A DNA stretch of 64,000 nt from the NCBI GenBank assembly GCA_951406725.2, contig OX597826.1:35588001-35652000 (forward strand), read 5' to 3'. This document shows, piece after piece, positions 1 to 11,996 of this stretch. The notes below the pieces were generated by a model. That model worked only from the letters and a program-made list of their open reading frames with translations. It was not told the DNA's origin and did no database searches. The DNA comes from Octopus vulgaris (taxonomy: Eukaryota). The position numbers and the translations under genes are program-made. Every line of letters begins with the position of its first letter. The stretch's first letter is position 1.

Positions 1-58
1 GGGCCTGGTGCCTAGAGTAGAAAAGATTACTATCATTATTATTTTTATTATTATTATT

Positions 59-74
59 ATTAGTAGTAGTAGTA

Positions 75-117
<43 letters not shown>

Positions 118-160
118 CAGCAGCAGCAGCAGCAGTAGTAGCAGCAGTAGTAGTAGTAGT
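59..160. repeat. (TAG)n/(CAG)n microsatellite
   Basis: Direct trinucleotide run. Confidence 0.95.
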
Positions 161-779
161 GGCAGAGATGTTAACATGTAGGACAAAAACTTCTTGCAAA
201 TCCAATCAACATTAGGTTGCGTTTGTTATGGCGGTGCCCCAGCATGGCTACAGTCTAATGACTGGAACAAGAAAAAGATGAAAGATAAAAGATCATCATC
301 ATCAGCAGCAGCAGCAGCACCACCACCACCACCACCCGTAGTATTAGTAGTAATTTTCTGTATATTTTTCTTATTACATGTATTGTAGGTTTTCCTTCAG
401 TAAATTTGTATAAAGCAACGAAGACTTGGAGGTGATTTGCAAATAGTTTTCTCTGTGCAGTTAATGGATAATAGCTAATGCACATTGCCTTCAGGAATGT
501 GACCATAATGGTAAAATCTGCGACTGCCAACCATTATAAGCAGCCCTTGCTGGATAAAATGTTTGCAGAGAAATGGTATTATATGGCCATGATGTTTTTA
601 ATTAGATTTACTATAAGCATTCTTCTGATTAATTTCCGTTGGAAATTGCGGCAAGTTGGATTTTTGTGGTACGAGTGGTTTATGGAAGTGTTGGGTGTAT
701 CCTGAGGAAGCTTTCTTTGTTTTTGTAAGTAATAAATAGATGGATAGAGTGAGGTAAAGAGAAGGATGGGGAAGAGTAA

Positions 780-996
780 AGGAGAGAGAGAGAGAGAGAT
801 TAACAATGAGGATTGAACAAGAAATTAAGATAGAGACAGAGGGGAAGGGAGAGAGTCAGAGAGAAGGAGAGAAAGAAGAGACAAACAGACAGGTGGATTA
901 TGAAAAGGTAAGATAGATAAATGGATGGATGGATGGACAGATTATAATAAATGGATGGATAAATGGATGGATAGACAGACAGATGGGCAGACAGAC

Positions 997-1027
<31 letters not shown>

Positions 1028-1140
1028 CAGACAGGAGGACATATAGATAGATAGATGAACAGAGACAGACAGGCAGACAGAGACAGAGAAACAGAGACAA
1101 ACTGACAGACAGACAGAGAGACAGACAAACAGATAGATAG
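780..1140. repeat. Compound (GA)n/(GGAT)n/(GATA)n/(GACA)n microsatellite region
   Basis: Direct tandem runs. Confidence 0.9.
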
Positions 1141-1599
1141 TTGGTGAGAGGTTGATGAGTCTGTTATGAGAATCATATGAGTTTCCATAAATAAACTAGG
1201 ATTTTACTGTAGTTTGAATAATTAATAGATTAAATGGATTGGCTGGATCAGGTAATATTGAAAGAATTGTATTGTATAGGGCAGAGAGAGAGAGAGAGAG
1301 GGGGAGAGAGAAAGAATGCTATGTAATGATATATACTCAGTAGAAATTGAGAGTATTCTAGTTTATTTAGGCTGGCTCACAGAGCAGTTGTTCTGAATTT
1401 CTACAGTAAAACCATGACTTGAAGCAAGTTGCAACAAATACAGCAAACCATTTCATTCAATGCTTTAATGATTTCCCCACAGCCTTGTATTTAATTGGCA
1501 AAATATAACCATCCCCAAGCATAACAATATCTGTTTCAACACACAACTTCAGATCAAGAATCCTGAAAAATACATAAGCATAATAATAATGATAGTAAT

Positions 1600-2032
1600 G
1601 GTTTCAAATTTTGGCACAGGGAATTACAAGAACTTCGGTGCTCAAATTTTACTTATCTTATTGACCCCAGAAAGATTAAGACAAAGCCAACTTAAGTGGA
1701 ATTTGAACTTAGAAAGCAAAGATAGATGAAATATTGCTAAGCATTTTGCCCAGCATGCCAATTATTCTGCCAGATTTCAAAATTAATAATAATAATATTA
1801 ATAATAATAATAATAATAATAATTCAAATTTTGGCTCAAGGTCAGCAGTTTTGGAGGTGAGGCTAAATCAATCCGATTGATCTCAGTGCTCAATTGTTAC
1901 TCATTTTATAAAACCTGGAAAGATGAAAGGCAAAGTTGACCTCAGCGGAGTTTGAACTGAGAATGTAAAGACAGATGAAATAATCACTAAGCATTTTACC
2001 CGGCATGCTAACGATTCTGCCAGCTCACCACA
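1600..2032 (-). mobile_element. Two tandem decayed copies of tRNA-derived SINE family A (MetaSINE-like), separated by (AAT)n
   Basis: Both match the window's family A consensus (gagctggcagaatcgttagc...ctgagttcaaattccgccgaggtcgactttgcctttcatcc); the central gcctttcatcctttcggggtcgataaa..agtaccag resembles the Meta domain as I recall it. Confidence 0.8.
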
Positions 2033-2789
2033 TTAAAACAATAATAATGATAATAATAATAATAAAGAAATGATAATAAAAAGTAGATAAACAACAATGA
2101 TGACAACAACAATGACAACAACAGGCTGGAAATAGGTGAAATATTAAGTATAATCAATATTCGTGATGGCAGTAAGGTGGAAAGTAGAGTTGAGTCAGTG
2201 AAGATTGATGTACAAAGCTGATGATGTCAATGAAATAAATATGTGACAGAAATATTGATGGTGTTGTTTTTTACAGATTGTTCTGCAATCAAAAGAAAGA
2301 ATTCACAGAAATGATTCCAGCAGCAGATTGAGTTAATGGATAAATATTTAGAGAGAAATGATATGACGATAAAGCCAAGTGGGGAATGTAATTTTAACAA
2401 AGAAATCCTATATTAATGTATTATTTAAGTGATATTTCATAGTTTGTCGAGTATCTGACGAAGATACCGGTATTTGTCTTGGGGTGTCTTACTGTGTTAC
2501 TGTGCTTTTAATAAACGCATATACTTTAGGCTATTTCTATTCATAATACAACTTCAGCTTGACTTAATTGTTGTTTCAGATCATTTATTATTAGATTTGA
2601 AAATAAATTCTTATCAGATTATTTCATAATAAAGCAACATCAGAATTGTTAGATGGAAAAGCTACCATCTTTTATGGGTGTGAAGTTTTCCACTCCCACT
2701 CCAACAGTATACAGCTCTTGTGTATATTCAGATGTGGTACATACATTTCTGGTGTAGATTCTGGGTATGGTGTATACAGCTCCATGTAA

Positions 2790-3057
2790 AGGTATGTAGC
2801 CTAGTGATTAGAGTGTAGCAAGAAAGTGGTTTCGATTCCTGGAGCAGGTGGTGCATTGTGCCCTGAAGTAAAATGCTTCATCTTACATTGTTTTAGTTCA
2901 CTTAGCTGTAAATGTCTTACCCTACGATAGGCTAGTGCCCAATCAGGGAGAATGGAGTGATCTCAGTCGATTATACACCTTAGAAACCAGGTAATCAGCA
3001 CAATGGGCCCCAGGATTCGAAGACGCTGAAATCCAGAGAACTTACTTTACCTTACTT
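2790..3057 (+). mobile_element. Decayed tRNA-headed CORE-like SINE with (CTTTA)-type tail
   Basis: A-box-like tagcctagtga, B-box-like gtttcgattcc, cttactttaccttac tail; related copy at 60693-60946. Confidence 0.65.
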
Positions 3058-3673
3058 TCTAAACACATCTCCAGTGATTATTCTGGGTGTGGAATATTAA
3101 CCACTGGTGTATATTTCAAGTGTTTACCAGTTTTTCACATGATTTTGTGTTTAATTCTAAGGTAAATACATCGTTATTACAAGGAATTTCCAAATTGAAA
3201 TTTTTTTCTGTGAGGAAGTAAAAATAAATGTCAAATATTGCAAGAAGGAATCCTCAATGTTTTGAGATTTTGCTTTCCTTCCATATTTGGGTGGCATTTT
3301 GGAATAGCTACTCTCTAATTCCCATACTTCATGGGAAAAAAAGTATAAATTTTTTTCCTGTATGTTTTAGTATTCCTGTGATTTCATATAACAGAAATTA
3401 CAAGTCATTCAGGTTTATTTCCCCCAAATTTCTATTTTCTAAACATCTTTTTACACTTTGTTCTATTCCGAGGATGAGTGAAACCTTCGAGGGATAACCT
3501 TCGAGAGAGTTGAAGAGACTTCGATGGACACCTATTCCAAAACTCTGTTACTTTTTGTTACACCCTATTTGGTGACAAGCAAATCCCAAGCTTCATCAAA
3601 CTCTATCATTCTATAGAACTCATAGCCAGCACTGATTTTTGCTACAAGGCTTCATTTCGTTCACTTACACAAA

Positions 3674-4204
3674 CACAAACACAAACACACACACACACTC
3701 GCACACATAAATATACTTGTGTGTGTGTATGTATGTATCTGTAGCATGGGCTTTCACACATTTTCCATCAATCAAATTCAATCACAAGGCATTGGTTGGC
3801 CCAGGGTTATAATAGAATACACTTCCGTGAGTTGTCACACACTGGAACTGAACTCTATACCACATGATTGCAAAAGCAAGCTTCTTAACTACACAGCCAT
3901 TTTATTTAAAGCATTATGCTCAAATTTGATTCATTATGTTAAGGATTCCTTTCATTTAGAAATTCAAAGGTGCAAGCATGGCTGTGTAGTTAAGAAGCTT
4001 GCTTTTGCAATCATGTGGTATAGAGTTCAGTTCCAGTGTGTGACAACTCACGGAAGTGTATTCTATTATAACCCTGGGCCAACCAATGCCTTGTGATTGA
4101 ATTTGATTGATGGAAAATGTGTGAAAGCCCATGCTACAGATACATACATACACACACACAAGTATATTTATGTGTGCGAGTGTGTGTGTGTGTTTGTGTT
4201 TGTG
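3674..4204. repeat. Perfect 227-bp inverted repeat (arms 3674-3900 and 3978-4204, 77-bp spacer) made of SINE family B sequence
   Basis: Arms compared base by base are identical; the ORF track gives the same peptide on both strands. Confidence 0.95.
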
Positions 4205-4289
4205 ATTCTGTTTCTCCTCCCCACCACTTGACAACTGGTGTTGGTTTGTTTATGTCCCCATAACTTAATAATTTGGCACAAGAGACTGG

Positions 4290-4324
<35 letters not shown>

Positions 4325-4860
4325 GTGATGATGAGTGAGCAGAATCATGAGCCGTGGTGTATGGTGGTCGTTGTATTGGGTGTGCTGTTACACTCAATGC
4401 CACCAAACTTCAATAACAAAAGTTTCCCATTAAGATTCGCAATTTAATTAATAAGCAAGGTTAATATTTATAATGAACTTGCCATTTTCAATGGATGTGC
4501 AGCGCACACCTGGCATACATGGAATAGCCACACCAGATTATTTTTTGTAGTAGTAGTAGCAGTAGTAGTAGTAGTATTAGCAGCAGCAGCAGCACCAGCA
4601 GCAGTAGTAGTAGTAACCATCTCTTGCGTGAATGCAGTAAGCTAGCACAAAAAGCACAGGAAATAAGGTTTTGCAGTGTTTGCTCTGACTCTTTAAACTC
4701 CGATTTCAAATATGTCTAATAGTCCTAAACTTGACTTAATGAACTTAACCCCTCCCCTCAAAACTGTTGCCCCGGTGTCTTGATTAGAAGCAATAATGTT
4801 ATTGGTTTCACTGCATAGTTGAGGGCAACAGTCAATCATATTGTAAGAAGCAAAATAATA

Positions 4861-5190
4861 CAGTTCTATTTTTAAGAGATGAGGAATTATGTACATTATT
4901 TACATTTGACGGATTTTTGTCCTCATCTTGTTTGTTGTTAACACAATGTTTCGGTTGATATACCCTCCAGCCTTCATTAGGTGTCCTGGGGAAATTTTGA
5001 ACCTGGGTTCTCTTTCCTAAGGTATTTTCTGATGTTATTATCATTATTATCATCATTATTATTATTCAGGTCCCTGCCTGGAATCAAACTTGGAATCTTG
5101 GTGTTAATAGCCTGCACTCTTAACCACTACGCCATATGTCCTTCAGCAATTATGGAGTGAATTTCAGGGCTTATAAATCTAATATTTTCC
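4861..5190 (-). mobile_element. Small element: tRNA-like segment + (AAT)n + hammerhead motif (core mutated in this copy); PLE-type non-autonomous repeat
   Basis: Minus strand: tggcgtagtggttaag...gtttgattcc, then gacacCTAATGAaggctg..caaccGAAAcaTTgtgtt; homologous to 46911-47396 and 60040-60492. Confidence 0.8.
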
Positions 5191-5206
5191 TCTTTCCTTA
5201 ATACCT

Positions 5207-5439
5207 ATTTCTTTACTACCCACAAGGGGCTAAACACTGAGGGGATAAACAAGGACAGACAAACAGATTAAGTCAATTATATCGACCCCAGTGCGTAACT
5301 GGTACTTATTTAATCAACCCCAAAAGGATGAAAGGCAAAATCGACCTTGGCGGAATTTGAACCCAGAACGTAGTAGCAGACGAAATACCACTAAGCATTT
5401 CGCCCGGCGTGCTAACGATTCTGCCAGCTCACTGCCTTT
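5207..5439 (-). mobile_element. Full-length SINE family A copy, tail type ii, with 10-bp TSD
   Basis: Head to tail present; direct repeat cttaatacct at 5197-5206 and 5440-5449. Confidence 0.9.
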
Positions 5440-6171
5440 CTTAATACCTTTTACCGATTACCATATTCTATTCATATCTGCACTCGGTCTGCTTAGGAGG
5501 TTGCTGTGTCCTAGCATATGTGCTGCTTCTTTTAGTTTTCGTATTTTCCAGTGGTGTTCTCTCTCTATTATTTTAACTTCATCCCACAGGGGAAGGTGGT
5601 CTCCATTTTACCATACAGGATCAGCTATACTCAAACATCGCAAAGCTGATACACGAGGAGATATTAATAAGTTGGGTTAGGGTTGAAGCAGAATAATATT
5701 ATAGATGAAGATTATTATTAGCAGTGGACACAGGGTGTTCAGATTTCTTTTGCCTATAATCCTAACAATAACAGCAGTCAGTTCCACTCCCAGACATTCA
5801 TAAACTTTCTAAATCTTTCCCCACCTCCCCTACCTCCACCGCCCTCCTGCTGCTGCAACAAAAAGAATTCATAAAATAAGAAGAGTTAGCCACCTCAACA
5901 TACTGAAACACCTGGTAATAATTCTTTCTATTTTGTTAGCTTAATAAAATGACTCATAAAAAAATTCTAGCCTGACTCATAAACACAATGTCAGAGTTTC
6001 AATTACTGAAAAGTAGGAGTTCAAGAAAAATGGTTTGCCAGAATTGGCATCGATCATATTATCCCATATACCTTGCATGCTATTGAAATATGATGGGACC
6101 TGCCATGCTTTTAACTGTCCAAGCATAGAGCAATCTTCCTTTCATTTGGTTCTTTTGGAACTAATATTGGC

Positions 6172-6490
6172 TTCACATTTTGGTGGAGTGGGGGAGTAAG
6201 CCAACAATGTCGACCCCAGTGCAGAACTGGTACTTACTTTAAAAAGCCCCAAAAGATGAAAAGCAAAGACAACCTCAGCAGAATTTGAACTCTGGACATG
6301 AAGATAGACAAAATACCATTCAGCGTTTAAACCTGGCATGCTAGCAAGTCTGCCCGCTCCCCACCTTACACTGATTTCAAATTTTGGTACGAGGTCAGCA
6401 ATTTTAGAAAAGTGGGTAAGCCAATTACATTGACCCCCAGTGCTCAACTGGTATTCATCCTATCGACGTTGAAAGAAGGAAAGACAAAGC
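6172..6490 (-). mobile_element. SINE family A copies; the second is interrupted at ~6490 and resumes at ~7985
   Basis: Family consensus breaks at ...caaagctg and resumes at aaagctgacctcagcagaatt. Confidence 0.75.
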
Positions 6491-6566
6491 TGTTATGTCC
6501 CACATTATGAAAACATATTTTGTTGTCTCTACAGAACTGGCCCGAACAGCGTCCCTCGCTGACTGT

Positions 6567-7944
6567 ATTTTTTTTATTTGGCACATAGGCCATGATACAG
6601 AGGGGGATGGCACAAGGACAGAGAGAACACCACAGTGGGGACAAAAAACATAAAATGAATGAATGAGAGTTGGATAATAATTAAATGAGGATGTAATGGT
6701 TGCTTGAACCCCACTCTCAAACAGCACCATTTAACTGTTTGAATACAAAGTTTTTATATCATTTTTCCTTCTTTTTTTCCTTCTTTTTTCCTTTTAGTAT
6801 TGCATGTATAGTCTTTAAAAAATTTTAAAAGCTTATTTACGCTTTACCATTTTATATATGGCAACAAGTCATTGTAATTTATATTTGGCAGTAGGTTGTC
6901 AAACTCTACCCTCACTCCTATTGGGTCCACCTTGTTTCCAAACCATTCCTTTAATTTTTTGTGTCCCTCTTTGTCTATTACTATGGTTTTTGTACTTTCT
7001 GGGTAATGTCCCATTGGTAATTTAACTCTTATCACCAATTTAAATTTGGTGATTCTTCCCTTCTATGTCTGTGTTTTTTGCATATGTTACCATATGCCAT
7101 TTGTTTTTTTCCAGGTCTTTCAGCTGTTCGTTCCTGCAGTGGAATTTGGTTGTCTGTGATGGTTTCCTTTCCTTTTCCTTCATTGTTGGTGCTGCTGAAG
7201 CTTCATGTAGTGAAAAATGTGTACATTCTATTTCACCCTCCTTCTTTTTCTTTCTTGGACTCTTCGGAGGTGAGTTTACTAGTGCTTTGCTTCTTCTTTT
7301 GGTTACCTCCATTAATGGTTCTTCCACTTTCGTGCATTTTTCATTTTCTAGGTCCACACTTTGGCATTTTGCTTCTGTTGGCTTCCCTCGTTTTTATTTT
7401 CTCTCTGGGGACACTTTACTCTAATAAGTCCTTTTACTCTAATAAGTCCTTCAATTGCTTCTTCCGTAGCTATCTCTATTTTCTTTGTGGTTGTCAATAG
7501 AGTTCTGAACACCACTGTTCTTTTCTTGGTACTTGTTGTCACCTCTTGTGTGTGGGGGGGTCAGCTTTAAACAGGATCTCTCCTTCTAAATCAGCCTGTA
7601 GTATTCCTTCAGCTTCTTCTATTGAATTTTTATTTCTCGCACTTCTAGCAAATCTGCACCTTTCCCAGCTGCTGAAGCATAACTCCTACCATGTGCTGGA
7701 AGTGGTTCACATTCCATTTTTTCCTTTTTCAGTTACTTTGCCCCAAAATGGGGAAGAAAACAAACACAAAATTTAACAGGCCCGCAGGCAAAAACAGCAA
7801 CAGTATTTAACATATTCAACAAAACATGGTTCACCTGCACGGGGAGAACCTTCAACAAAGATTCAACAAACTATAACATGACTTACATCAACCAGAATCA
7901 AAAATGATTTAAAACCAACAAAAATACCTTGCTGAATGACACCA
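6567..7944 (-). mobile_element. Non-autonomous LINE-like element with disrupted ORF1-like coding region and A-rich tail
   Basis: Broken Lys/Glu-rich frame (MECEPLPAHGRSYASAAGK...; ORFs 7040-7357 and 6844-7038), aataaaaaaaata 3' end, 8-bp flanking repeat ctgactgt (6559-6566, 7945-7952); no RT seen. Confidence 0.6.
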
Positions 7945-7984
7945 CTGACTGTGTCAGTCCATTGGGGGCATCCACCACAAAAAA

Positions 7985-8288
7985 AGCTGACCTCAGCAGA
8001 ATTGTAACAGAGAACATAAAGGCTGATGAAATGCCATGAAGCATTTTGGTCAGAATGCTAAAGCCTATGCCAAATGATATTGGTTTGAAGTTTTGGTACA
8101 AGGCCAAGAGTGCCAGGGATAGGGTACAGGAACTACATCAGCCTCATTGGTCAACTGTGACTTACTTTATCGACCCCCAAAAGGATGAAAGGCAAAGTTT
8201 GACTTCTACAGAATTTGAACAAATGTCTAATGAAATGTCACTAAGCATGTTGCCAGGTGCGTTAACGATTGTGCCAGCTCACCACCCT
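7985..8288 (-). mobile_element. SINE family A: 5' half of the split copy plus an adjacent copy
   Basis: Similarity to family A consensus. Confidence 0.75.
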
Positions 8289-8629
8289 AATCTATACTGA
8301 AACGGACATTAAACAGCACCCACACACTCGTCATTCAGACGAGAATATATAGCATATTGCGGACATTTACACTGAGATGAAAAACTTGGGAAGAATTGCT
8401 ACCTCTTTTGACAAGAACAGTCTCATGAGGCAGCGAATGCCTTTGATCATTTGCTCTGATGGTTCAAGAACAACAACGACGTCGACGATGATGTGAAGAT
8501 TTTCAATCTCTCAGGTGAAATACAATAGATTATATGGCTTACAGTCACAAACTATAGACAATGATTGCAGAGAAGCTATACAACTTAATGTCTTGGTGCT
8601 TGTTCAACAGATGCTGATCATTACCATGG

Positions 8630-8661
<32 letters not shown>

Positions 8662-8819
8662 GTTATGAAGATGATGACGAAGACAACTATGATGACCATG
8701 ACAGTGATGATAACTATGATGATAATGATGATGATGATGATGATGCTAATGGCAAGAGTGCCTAGCATATATATTTTTTCAAACAATCAGGGAATCACAC
8801 TAGATACATACACATAATA

Positions 8820-8881
8820 TATGTCTGTGTGTATGTGTGAGTATATATATATGTATTTATATATATATATGTTTATATACA

Positions 8882-8931
<50 letters not shown>

Positions 8932-9165
8932 TGTGTGAGTATATATATATACATATATGTGAGTATATATATATGTATATATATATATATGCATATACGT
9001 GCATATATATACATCTATATATATATAACTGTATCACTATATTTATCTATCTATTTATATGTATGTATGTATGAATGTATATTTACATTTTTATGTGTAT
9101 GTATGCAAGTAACCGCACACACACACACACACACACACACGCCAAACAGACACACGTATATATGT
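8820..9165. repeat. (TA)n/(CA)n compound microsatellite
   Basis: Direct tandem runs. Confidence 0.9.
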
Positions 9166-10294
9166 ATCAGTGTTGCGACCATAAATGGTATGTCTGGTAT
9201 TTTAATATTCCAGACATTTCTTTCACCATTTATTCCGTCTCCGCTTCCATAATAGTTCCATGGCCAAAGGTTAATAAGTGTTTATGTCACCACACACCAT
9301 CTGATGTATCTCTGCAACTACGCTTCCACTTATCATATATTTATTACTTATGATTCAACCATTTTCCTTTCCTAATTTGATTTCCTTTTCTGGCAGTCAC
9401 CAAGTGGTGCACCACAACATACATACTGACACGGCATGACACGCAAATCACACTAATAGATTAATAGATAGCTTGTCTCGATCATTAAGGATAATTACAA
9501 TTAAAGAGGTAGAGGGACAGGGAAGGAGGAGGGAATGATGATAATGATGATGATAATGATGATGGTGATGAGAACGATGGCGATAAGGGTGATGACAATG
9601 GTGGTGATGATGATGACGATGATGATGGTGGTGATGGTGATGATGAAATAAATCAAAGTATTCACACATGCCTAGTAGTCATTTAATCCACCCGAGGCCA
9701 GTTGTAAAAGGAAGAGTTAACTCTGCCAGAATTTAAACACAAAACAGAAAAATTTATATACTTTTGAGGCATTCTTTTAAGATTGCTATCTCTGCCATTT
9801 CACTATAATGATGATTTCTAAAAACAATAACAACAACGACAACAAGAACAACGATAACAGTAATGATGATTATGACAATCATGATCGCAATGGTGGTGGT
9901 GGCAGTGATCATGATGATGACAATGACTTCTGATTACAGAATGCGATGAGTAATTTTCAAGTGAACCATCCTCAAGGATCATGGTACTCCTAAGATATTT
10001 GGCGAATACTTTATTCTATCGACCCCCAACAGGATTTGAGTACACATATTTAAAGGACAATAGCTAAATGTTGTAAGCTGTTGTTTTCTGATGCTCTGAG
10101 AATTTTGTTAAATGATGATGATGATGGTGATGATGATGATGATGATGAGGTTGATGATGTTGACGATCACAATGACGATGATGATGCTGATGATGACGAT
10201 GACAACAACGATGATAATGATGACAACAATGATGATGGCAATGATGATAATTATGATAATTATGATAATTATAATAATAATAATGATAATAGCA

Positions 10295-10730
10295 TGTTTT
10301 ACTACAGGCACAAGGCCTGAAATTTGTGGGGGAGGGGGCTAGTCAATTACATTGACCTCAGTGTGTAACTGATACTTATTTAATGGACCCCAAAATGATG
10401 AAGGGTAAAGTCAACCTCGGTGGAATTTGAACTCAGGATGTAAAGACAGATGAAATGCCACTAAGCAGTTTGCCCGGCATGCAAACAATTCTGCCAGCTC
10501 ACCACCTTAATAATAACAACAACAACAATTCTCTGTAACTTTAGCACAACAATTACAATTTTGAGGAGAGGAGGCAAATTGATTATGTTGACCCCAATAT
10601 ATGACTGGTATTTCATCAACCTAGAAAGGATGAAATGCATGGCTGACCTTGGCAGAACATGAACTCAGAAAGTAAAAATTTAGAAGCAATGCAGCTAAGC
10701 GTTTCCTCTAATGTACCAACAATTCTGGTT
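10295..10730 (-). mobile_element. Two tandem SINE family A copies (tail type i) among GAT/AAT repeats
   Basis: Similarity to family A consensus. Confidence 0.8.
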
Positions 10731-11996
10731 TCTAAGACAAATACAAGATCATCAGTTTCTTGATTAGGAATGCAATTACTCCCTATGGAATTACTGGTAT
10801 CAAGTACAGAAGAGTGACCGGCGAAGTTAATTTCTACATTATTCAAATATAGAAGGACAAACCTAAAATATTTAGCAGACTGCCTAGAGAGAACATATCT
10901 GGGTTACCTACTGCATGATACAAACAAACTCAAGTTGGTATTAGCATAATTAATGCTAATTAATTAGTTAACATTTCTCACAGAGTGAGAAGAGAAAAAT
11001 CCTTGTCTTCATTATTAACTCTCATTAAGAAAGTCAAAAAACATATACCCAGAATTTAAATCCTTTTGATGAGGCTTCATAAGGATGGAACGTATTTGAA
11101 GTTAACACTATGCTGATAAATGTCAATAGCATTCTTTACTGCAAATGATTTAGGATTCCTTATCATGCTATGTTAAGAATGTTTGGTGCCTACTTTACTA
11201 TGAAATATATATTCTGGGACTCAACTGATTCTTGGATGGCAAATGTTGTGTTTGTCGAAGATGGCATCAATCTCTCAGACTGTCAGCTGGTGCACATCGT
11301 TTTATTTATTTTGGAAATTCTTAAAATAAAAGAAATAATTACAAGAACAATAATAACACCTGGAAGAAGAAAAAGGTGGTGGTAGTGGCGGTGGTGATGC
11401 TAGTGGTGAACAACAACAACTACAACAGCAGCACAATAAGTTTCTGTTTCATATCTATATATCATTTATACAGACTCCGATAGAAGAAAAATATTAACTC
11501 AACATTGTAGAGATGAGATTTAAGAGAAAAAAAAAAGAAATGAACAAAAATATTATGGAAGAGCGAATACCACCATTAATGTCAGAATATTTCAGGAATT
11601 CTTCCAAAGGTTATCAACAGTTTTGATATTTGAAACCAAATTTATTTAGTAAATTTGAATTAAATATGTGTATTTTGTTAGACAACAGTCTGAAGGAAAA
11701 CAAAAGAAAATGAAACAACGTCAAAAGAATGGAAAAATAGTTGAGGAATTCTTCGGTAAACCAGTCCTGTGTGATATATTGTGCTCCACTGATTCTGATT
11801 TCTTTGAGATGAAGCATAACAGTTTCAGGAAAATGGGGCAATAGATTTTTCAAGAGCTACAAACGAGAATTGAAACCAAGGATGGTTGCTACTAGAATGC
11901 GAATGTAAAAATGAGCAAGCCGAGAATTATAATAGTTGTAGTAGTAGTAGCAGCACCAGCACCAGCGGCACCAGCAACAGCAGTAGTAGTAGTAGT

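Noticed and set aside
2450-2475. Hammerhead remnant CTGACGAagataccggta
   Set aside because: Helix II and GAAA are missing; it cannot fold
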